64,000 nucleotides of DNA. Origin: the human T2T-CHM13v2.0 reference genome, Homo sapiens. A program made the translations under genes and the position numbers. Below are positions 55,719-64,000 of the stretch, in pieces (position 1 is the first letter of the stretch; every line of letters begins with the position of its first letter). Where the stretch lies: assembly GCF_009914755.1 (NCBI RefSeq), contig NC_060935.1; one strand, 5' to 3'. Below the pieces are notes generated by a model that saw only the letters and a list, made by a program, of their open reading frames with translations, ran no database searches and was not told where the DNA came from.

Positions 55719-57199
55719 AACTTTTTTAAATCAAAGGATTAATTCAATTCCAAACATCAAAGGAGAAATAGCAAAAATCACTATTTCCTCTCATCTCAGC
55801 ACTAGCACACAGCATCTGTGAGCAGGAACCAGGAGCCGGACCTACCTCACTGAGACCCAGGTCAGTGGGGCTGTGTCTGCCACCCTGGCGTGAACAGTGG
55901 ATGGATTAACTCCTGTCACCAAGAGAATCCTGGCTTCTGTCAGCTTCTCTCCAGGCCATTATGCTATTAAAAACAGAGGGTGTTTTGCATATTTAAATAC
56001 TCCAATGTCATTTCACTGACATAATGCCTTCTCCTGGCACTGCGTATATTTCTCGAGTCTCCAGTGTCATGCCCTGGGCTGAGAGTAAGGCCAAGAGGGA
56101 AGCCTCGCTCCCTTCCCACCACCTCCCCTGCAGGGCTCCCATTAAGGGACCAGGAGACAAGGCGAGGTGCCCACTAGCCAGCTCCCATGGCAGCTCCTGC
56201 ACGGGGAGAATTACCCGGCTCGAGTCCTCCTCCTGCATCTAGCCAATTTCTGCTCCCTTAATTCAAGTCAGTTCTTCCTGACCCCAGCAGGCTGGAGTTC
56301 CCAGAGTTACTCTCAACGGATAGCACCAATTACTGAGGTGTGAAAATAGAAACCTTCGAATTTTGAGAACAAACTCAGAGACTAGGACTTAACTGAACTG
56401 AGAAAGAAGGCAGGAAAGTAGAGAGGGAGGAGTCTGAGTAGGGAGGAGAGATGACTCCTTGCAATTAGGAAGCTTGCAGAGGGGGAGTGCACAGTACAGG
56501 GCTCCTGGGGAGGGCAGATGGGGGCGTGGGGCAGGAGGCTTGGAGCTGAGACAGTCCTAGCAGAAAAGAAAAAACAAAAACCTGTGGCAGCTCCAGCACC
56601 ACTAGCCATTCTGCTGGGACAGAGAATGCTGGGGAGCTCCAATCTCCCCCTGCTCCCACCACCCACACTGTGCAGTGTTGTCTCCTTGCCCGTAATAAGG
56701 GATCACCGCAAACAGAACATGGAGACACACAAGCGCCAGATTCACCCGTCCAGCTTCTATACGCTGTCCACAGGCAACGCAAACTGTGTGCTCCCTCCAG
56801 GGATGACGTTCCCCTTCATTGGAGACTTCCTAGGGACCCCCCCACGGTACAGTGCGGCTAGTGAAATCCAAACACACGTCATGACCTAATCACACTGGCA
56901 AAATTAATTAATTATAGCCCTGGTTTATGCTTTCATGGTCAAAACCAATTAATTACATGTCCCTTTTATATTGGTCTGCCATCCCTTCCAAAACTTAAAT
57001 GAAGTAGGTACCCAACAAACATTTGAAATAATATTTTAAATCAGATAACTGACTTCCTGAAAGCTCTTTTGTTATATGAGAAAAAGAAGACATAGTCCCA
57101 TGGGGTTAACTCTGGGATCATACATCAAATAAAGCTACACCTTCCCCCACCCCAATTGGCTTGATAAGGAACTACTTGGGGGAAGTCAGTCCATCCCCT

Positions 57200-58090
57200 C
57201 TGCCTGCAGGTTACTGTGAGGGGAGCTGGCTTCATGGGGGAGTGCAGGGGCTTCAAACGACCTGAGCCAGGTAGTGACCAAGACCCCCCACCCCGCCCAG
57301 GGTGCACTGGCCATCTTCGACGTGAGTCACATAACCTCCTCCACAGGGCACTCCAGGCCTCTGAGCAGCTCTCCCTCCTCACCAGTCCGGGCTCCTCACT
57401 TCTGCCCCTCCCTCCCCTCCGTCCTAATGCAGCAGCCTTTCTGCCCACCAACATGCCTCGAGGCTGTGCTCATTCCTGCCTTTCCCTCCTTCAAAGCATC
57501 TCCTCCACAGCCGCCCCTTCCACGACCGCTGCTGCCTCCTACCCATTCCCCCACCCAGCCATTCCTCTCACCCCCCTTTCCTTCCATGGTTCACCCTCCC
57601 ACAGTCCTCCAATGCCCAAAGTGCATCTCTGACTGTGGAGGACAAGTCAGCCTTTGGCAGAAGCGTGGCAGAAAAGAAGCTGGCACAACTTTGCCCCGAG
57701 AGACCTGGTGCCCAGACTTGAGCCCTGTCTCAACAGCTGACTGAGGAGCACCACGTGAACTCTGGTATGCTCTCCTCAGGTGTGTGTTCTCTACAAAGTG
57801 AGAAATGACGCCATACAGCAGCGGCTTAGAGCCCACCCCCTCTCCTGCCCCCACCCTGCAAAAGGGACAGACAGAGGCAGGGTGGCAGGGTGGCTGGCCA
57901 GTGGCCGAGGCAGGGTGACGCAGTCCATGCTGTTCTCGTACACCCCAGCGTCCTCGTCCAAACCGGCTGACAAGCTCCCTGGGAAAGGAGGAGGGGCCGC
58001 TCCCTCGCCCCAACTGGAGCAGTGCTGAGGTCATGACCAGAGCTGGAGTGAGCTGGGTGGAGGGACGCTCTGAGTGGGATGTGGCATGAA
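57200..58090. promoter_or_regulatory. GC-rich unique block, candidate enhancer or weak CpG-retaining element
   Basis: Raised GC and CpG content relative to the window; AP-1 TGAGTCA (57323), CACGTG (57751), GC/CACCC boxes (CCCCACCCCGCCC ~57286). Confidence 0.35.
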
Positions 58091-58427
58091 TCCACAGGCA
58101 GAGCCTCTAAACATATACCTGTACAGGAAAAAAGAAACCAAATATTTCTTCTCCCTTCCAAGGCTCAACTAAATGATCACGATTTTCAGGGAAGAAAGGA
58201 ATCTGAGAATGTTGTAGCCAGATCCTTTGATTTTCAGTCCAAGTCCTCAGGTACCACAGTTCTGGGCCACTTGCTTCCTAGCCTGGGGACAGGTCCCACT
58301 ATTCTGCTTCTCAGGAGATGTGTGCCGTTGCCTATGTTTAAATGTGTGGCCAGAATTCCTGAGATGGTAATGGCAACACTTGAGCCCCTCACCTATGACA
58401 GAAGAAGGCCTTCTGGATGGGACTGAG

Positions 58428-58520
58428 GAGGGCCAGCCATCCTGGTTTTCCTGGGACTGAGAGCTCTCAGGATACAGGGCTTTCAGTTTTAAAATCAGGA
58501 CAGTTCCCAGCTAAGTTGTT
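58428..58520. mobile_element. MER81/MER94-like hAT-Blackjack MITE
   Basis: CCATCCTGGTTTTCCTGGGACTGAG..CTTTCAGTTTTAAAATCAGGACAGTTCC. Confidence 0.6.
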
Positions 58521-59799
58521 CAGTACAAGATGCACAGCCTAGCCTGAACTAAACTTCCCTTCTCCTTATTAATATTGATGGGGCAGGAATGCCACAATTT
58601 GAAAGGACACAGGGGATTTGAGGGCTGGGAATGCAAAAAGGATCTATATTCTAAGCTCCGTGATGGTTTTCTCACGTCCTTTTTGCATAAAGAAAGTGAG
58701 TTTCAGAAAAATGTGCTGGCCTAGAAGTCACCTTTACGTAGCAGAGTTAGGTTTGAAACTCAGATCTGTGGGATCCCTAAACTCATGTTGTTTCCCTGGC
58801 CCTATGAGCTCTGTGGAACCATCACTACCTTACAGCCCCCAAACCCAGCATCATAATACAAGGCAAAGGCTGCCTTTGAGAAGATTTAGAAACATGCAGG
58901 GTCAGCGGAGTTTAAACTCAGCTGGTCAACAACCCCTCCCTCACCCTCTGTGTTGTGGCCACAGCTCCTCCAAGCCCAGCTGTAAATCCTGCTAGTCTGT
59001 AAACAGCCAAACGCAGCTCCTCCATTGCTTAGCAGCTTTTGACACTAATTGCTCTACAGAGTGTGTGCAACTGGCAACACCTTATTAAAAGTGAAATATA
59101 TGATACTGTCCACTTATTGCTGCTTTATAGAGATAAAGTATTCTTACTACATGGAAAAGCTGGCAACAAGTTTGATAAAGTGGTTTCTAAAGAGAAGCCT
59201 GCACGAGGCAATTCCTGGGACATGGGATCTATCCGGGTCAGGCTGGGAGCTTTCCCAGTTTGACCTAAAGATTTTACCACACCAAGAATCCCTCCCTTTC
59301 GCCACTCTGACTTCTATCTCAAAGATGAGCCTCTTCAAAGCCTGGGCACTGAAGAAAAGACAAACATGACTGCTCTCAGAGCTGGGAAAGCAGACCTGGC
59401 CCCATCTGCAGAGTCAATCCATCCTCTTCCTCCCGAGGACTAAGCAGGGTGCAGAGGAGATGGACAGCCAGAAGTGTGGGCAGGGAAGGCGGGAGGAGGA
59501 GGAAAGGCAAGACAAGGACAAGAGAGCTCCAGATTCAGACAAGCACGGGCCAAGACGGGCTTCCTGAGGAAGACTCTACTAGCCCCAGGTCCCACATTCT
59601 CAAAGGAAATCAAAATCAGCACTCTGCGGAGACTTGCTGTATCCTCCACCATCAGAGAACTCATCTGCCACCTAACCTCAGGGAAGTCACTATCTGGGGC
59701 TCTGTAATGCAAGGCAGACCTGTCCTGAAAAGAAACTAGATTAAGCTCCTCAATCCAAATCCCCTAAAACACTTTCACGGAGAACCCCCAAATCCAAGG

Positions 59800-59956
59800 T
59801 TGCCTGACATCTCATATGGTTTGCAAGCTAAGAAATACTTTTTGCATTTTTAAGAGTTTTGAAAAGAAGAAGAATTTGAGATAGAGACTGGATGAGGTTC
59901 ACAAAGTCTAAAATAGTTTCTGTCTGACCCTTCACAAAATACATTTGCTGACCCTG
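59800..59956 (-). mobile_element. MER58B/C-like hAT fragment
   Basis: AGCTAAGAAATACTTTTTGCATTTTTAA..CACAAAGTCTAAAATAGTTTCTGTCTGACCCTTCACAAAATACATTTGCTGACCCTG. Confidence 0.65.
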
Positions 59957-62900
59957 TCTTCAAGGAAAGAATTAGAAAGCCAGAGAAAGAAGACTGCAGA
60001 CAGGAGCAGAGGAAGCCCCTGGCATGATGGAAGGACAGAGATGGATACAGAAATGCCATCAGTAAAAGACTGCCCCGCTTCCATAACAGACTTTTGTGAG
60101 TGCTGAGATCTGATTAATTGTGCCAACCGCACCTACTGGACAGAGCCAGCCACGGGAGCCCCCAGCTTTGTTGCGGCGATGTTTTTCTGCTGATCTTCAT
60201 CCATGCCAGCATTGAGAAGCCGTCAAATGGGACTGGGTGGCCCCAGGAGCTAGCAGATAACAAGGGAGATGAAATGACGAAGAGAGGAACCATTGTCCCT
60301 GCTAGGTTTTGTGTTTCTGAGATACCAAATTGCCTGATCGCTTTGACATTTTCAAGACCAAATTAAAATGCGCCACCATGGAGACAAAATGTCATTAGCC
60401 TCATTATAAGTGATTGTGTTAAAATAAATACAAAAATAAAGTGGGAATTAGTCCAAACCATTAAAATACAGAAGCAAAAATGGCCAACAGGGACTTTACA
60501 TGTGACAGACTAAGAAAGGTTGAGACACCCCCTAAGGGGACAGGGAAGATGAATGTAGCAGGCACAGGGGCTGAGCAGCAGGCTTTCGGGCCATGCAGAG
60601 GTCAGCACTGAGGCGATCGCAGGCTCTCCGGGTGCCTCACACCACATGACCTTAGGGAAGGACCCTCGACCTCATCAAACCCCGGAATTCCCTCTCTAGG
60701 AAAATAGGAACGTAACACCATCTTTTTCAAGTATCTGTTAATAGTTTCAGTGCTTATTGGGAAGGGATTAAGACCTGGCCTTTTGAGATGGATACTGTCT
60801 TGGAGCTGGCACTGGAGAGAAGGGGGCCGGAGGCCTCCTGGGCAGGGACAAGGGGACCTCACAGGGCCAGCTCCTGGTTTTCTTCAAAAGGTGAGCCTGG
60901 CTACCAGGCAGACTCTCCATGGGGAGAAAGCCCAGGGGGAACACAGAACCCAGGCTGTTCTGACGGCTGAGTCTGGCTGAAGCTCAGCACCTGCTCGGGA
61001 ACCTCCTACCACCAAATGCACCTGTCTTCCTCCTCCCTCAATCTGCTTCCTCTTCTCTGCTTCACTCCTCCTGACCCTTCACTGTTTCTCTCCCCCACAC
61101 CATCTTCCACTGACACCTCAGACTTCATCCCAGAAACCTGGTCTCAGCCTCACATTTTCCATCTACTCAGTTTCTCTTTGTCACCCATAGACATTGGCCT
61201 CCAGTGCCCCTGTCTTATAATCGTTAACCATAAATAAGCAATGAGGTGAACTGATGCCTCCCAAAAGGAAGAGAACAAAGTTTTTCTCTTGCCTCCTTAG
61301 AAAGAGGACATGAATTATAACTATCACCGCTTCCTTCCTCTCTGCCTCCATGAAGGCCACATGAAGCCTTCCCTGCTAGGAGTAATGACTGAATATGCAA
61401 GTTCTGTTTCCACACTCCCGGCCGACCTTCCTCATCAGTCATAGGTTTCTTTTCCAAATGAGCTGAGGACTAGGACCTATTGGTTAGAAGTTCGCACCAT
61501 TTTCTTCCCCTTGAGATTAAGGATTGTGGTTTTCACCATGCACAAAATAAGCCTCTCTAATAAGTATCAACCAACCCAGCTGGAAGCACAATGTTAGAAT
61601 AATAATGTCTTACATTAGCAAGATATTTCTTCCTATTTTCTAAATGTCCCTCTCCATCAGTAGCACCTGGACCCACACATTCTGTAGTGTGACAAAGGTA
61701 GGTATTTTCATTCCTTCCCAACGTTTAAAATAATGGAGGCCCCTGGAAAGAAAGTGTCTTGTCCCAGGTCCCACAGTAAAGAGGAACTGAAAGCCACAGG
61801 CCTTAACCCTACATTCAGTCAAAATTCTTGAATTACTTTTTCTGCATTTTAAAGAGTAGAACAAAGAACTCCCCAGAGCCCTGAGAGGGTTACTTCCCTA
61901 GTGCCTGCAAATGGCTTGGCACATAAAAAGCACCTCCAAAATGCTCAGGGGTAATGAGCGCGGGGGCTCAGAGGGCTTTGCTGACATGAGCTCACTAATC
62001 CCCAAAAGCTTCCAGCACAATATGTGGCAGGAGATGGTCTCTCCATCTTTGCCTCTGCTCCTCTACCTGCTCTGGCGTTGTGATCCCTCAGGAAATCTGT
62101 GAATGGATTAGCAACACTATTTTATTATTATTTCAAATAAGCCTGAGACAAGGATCCTGGGAGAACAGTGTGGGAACACTGGCCGGCAGAAGAAACAATG
62201 AGGTGGCTCTAATCATCCCTGATAAAATCAGTGGAAGCAGTGGCTGCAGGAAACAGTGCATGGTATTGTCCTAGCCACATAAGCAGAAAAGTGTTACCCT
62301 GGTACCCCAGACAGAATGGTTACTGTTTAATCAGCATACGCCACTGCCCATGTGCTGTCCTGGGGCAGAAGGCAGGAGAACGCACTCGGTGCACGCCTTC
62401 AAAGCTGGCCCTGTGCAGGTTCGGGATGGCTGCCTGCCTCTGCACTAGACCACAGTTTTCCATTTGAATCTGTGGTTCCCACAGTGCCCCCACTCATCCA
62501 CTTTCTTTCTTCCAAACCCAACAGGCATCTGACTGCTCTGATATATTTTTTATCCCTGCATGTGGGTCTTTCCCCCACTTCCCATTTTCATCCTGTGACT
62601 GCTGATTTTAAAGTGTGTCTATTTCTCCCTTGCTCCATAAATGAGGATCAAAACAGAGAAGACCGTTATCCACTGCCCGCTAGCCCAGCCTGAGGGCCTG
62701 AGGACCAAGAGACCCTGTGGACTGGGCTAAGTCTTCGTGAAGAGGGCCCCAGCAAAGCCTGATACTGGACTGAGAAGACACAGCTTCAAAGGGGAGAACT
62801 CCAGCTCAGCACCTCCCTCTGTGGAGCAGGAGGATGGGACACAGTGCTGAAATGGGTGCAGCCCCAGGCTCCAAGGCAGTGGGCTGGCTGCAATCAATCC

Positions 62901-63211
62901 CCATTTTCAAAGTGCTCATTCGAACTATGAAACATCAGCGCAGGCAGCACCTCAGGGGGTCATCTACTGCAGTCTTCTTTTGTAGAGAGGAAATTGGGGC
63001 TGAGAAAGTCCAGTGGCCACACAGCCAGTGATGCTTGCAAGAACAGAGTTGAGGGGAGCTGATTCCTAGGGCTCCTCTCACCAGGTCGTAAGCACTGACT
63101 CTGGGAACTAGAGATGATTCCTGTCCTCAAGTTAACTTTCTGATTATGGCGACAACAATGTAAAGACAGTTGTAGAAGTGGCCACTGAGAGAATAAATCC
63201 TTAAAATCTCA

Positions 63212-63512
63212 GGCTGGGCACAGTGGCTCACGCTTGTAATCCCAGCACTTTGGGAGGCCGAGGCGGGCGGACCACCTGAGGTCAGGAGTGCAATACCAGC
63301 CTGGCCAACATGGTGAAACCCCATATCTACTACAAAATTACAAAAGTTAGCCAGGCGTGGTGACGGGCCCCTGTAATCCCAGCTACTTGGGAGGCTGAGG
63401 CAGAAGAATCACTTTAACCCGGGAGGCAGAGGTTGCAGTGAGCTGAGATCACACCACTGCACTCCAGACTGGGTGACAGAGTGAAAGTATGTCTCAAAAA
63501 AAAAAAAAAAAA
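63212..63512 (+). mobile_element. AluS, full length
   Basis: Dimeric Alu with poly(A); TSD AAAATCTCA at 63203 and 63510. Confidence 0.96.
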
Positions 63513-63549
63513 TCTCAAATGACTCAGAGCCAATAATGCAAGCTGTAAG

Positions 63550-63730
63550 ATCGTTTTCCCCAACACTAGATATTAGGATTACCAGGGAAGCTTTTCAAAA
63601 ATATTAATATCTGATTTCCTACCCGGATCAACTACATCAGAATTCAGGGAAGCAGGGCCTGAGTGTCGTGGTTGTTTGTAAGCTTCCCCAGGTTGTCCTG
63701 ATATGCAGCCCAGGTTGAGAGCCATTGCTC
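63550..63730. mobile_element. MER5B-like hAT MITE
   Basis: ATTACCAGGGAAGCTTTTCAAAAATATT..CATCAGAATTC..GCTTCCCCAGGTTGTCCTGATATGCAGCCCAGGTTGAGAGCCATTG. Confidence 0.75.
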
Positions 63731-64000
63731 TGGGAGGTAGCAGAGAAAGAGTTTTTACTGTGTACAGTGGCCAGGAAAGGCTACTTGGAAGAAAATGTGC
63801 TTGGGCTGGGTTTGGGTACAAATCAGAGGAAGGTTATAGGCCTGGGTGCAGCCCAGGATTCTTCATTTCCATACTGCTGGTCTAGGAACCACATTTTGAG
63901 TGAAAAGACTAAGGACAAGAACCACTGGATGTCAATGTCTTCTTTCTCTGAGCCTTTATTTGCACTTTCTATGTAATGATCCAGGGTGGTTTCTGCCCTC

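Noticed and set aside
57125-58161. Multiple 100-156 aa ORFs in the GC-rich block
   Set aside because: Expected from low stop-codon frequency in GC-rich DNA; they overlap on both strands and show no domain signal.

Overview
Primate (probably human or great-ape) nuclear DNA, as shown by Alu and L1PA elements. I find no intact protein-coding gene, RNA gene or CRISPR array. The window grades from AT-rich, L1-dense sequence (1-19 kb, 38-53 kb) to GC-richer unique sequence with MIR/L2/MLT fossils and several TAAT-rich, enhancer-like blocks (22-37 kb, 53-64 kb). Main non-repeat signal: the first ~4.7 kb holds several short, decayed + strand exon-like segments; two of them resemble, from memory, the transmembrane-module exons of the butyrophilin-like SKINT family. 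This suggests the 3' end of a SKINT1L-type pseudogene (inference, unverified). One segment has been amplified into a 5 x 91-bp minisatellite that carries its splice donor. Other structural oddities: a ~93%-identical 180-bp local duplication; a twin-primed L1PA inserted in the tail of an L1PB1 that has an in-frame ORF1-ORF2 deletion fusion; a ~730-bp CACGTG-rich microsatellite grown from an Alu tail; fold-back palindromes replacing another Alu tail; and small templated or retroposed insertions in an L1MB. I cannot support a new functional biological system here. Repeat subfamily calls come from recalled consensus motifs, and boundaries are approximate.
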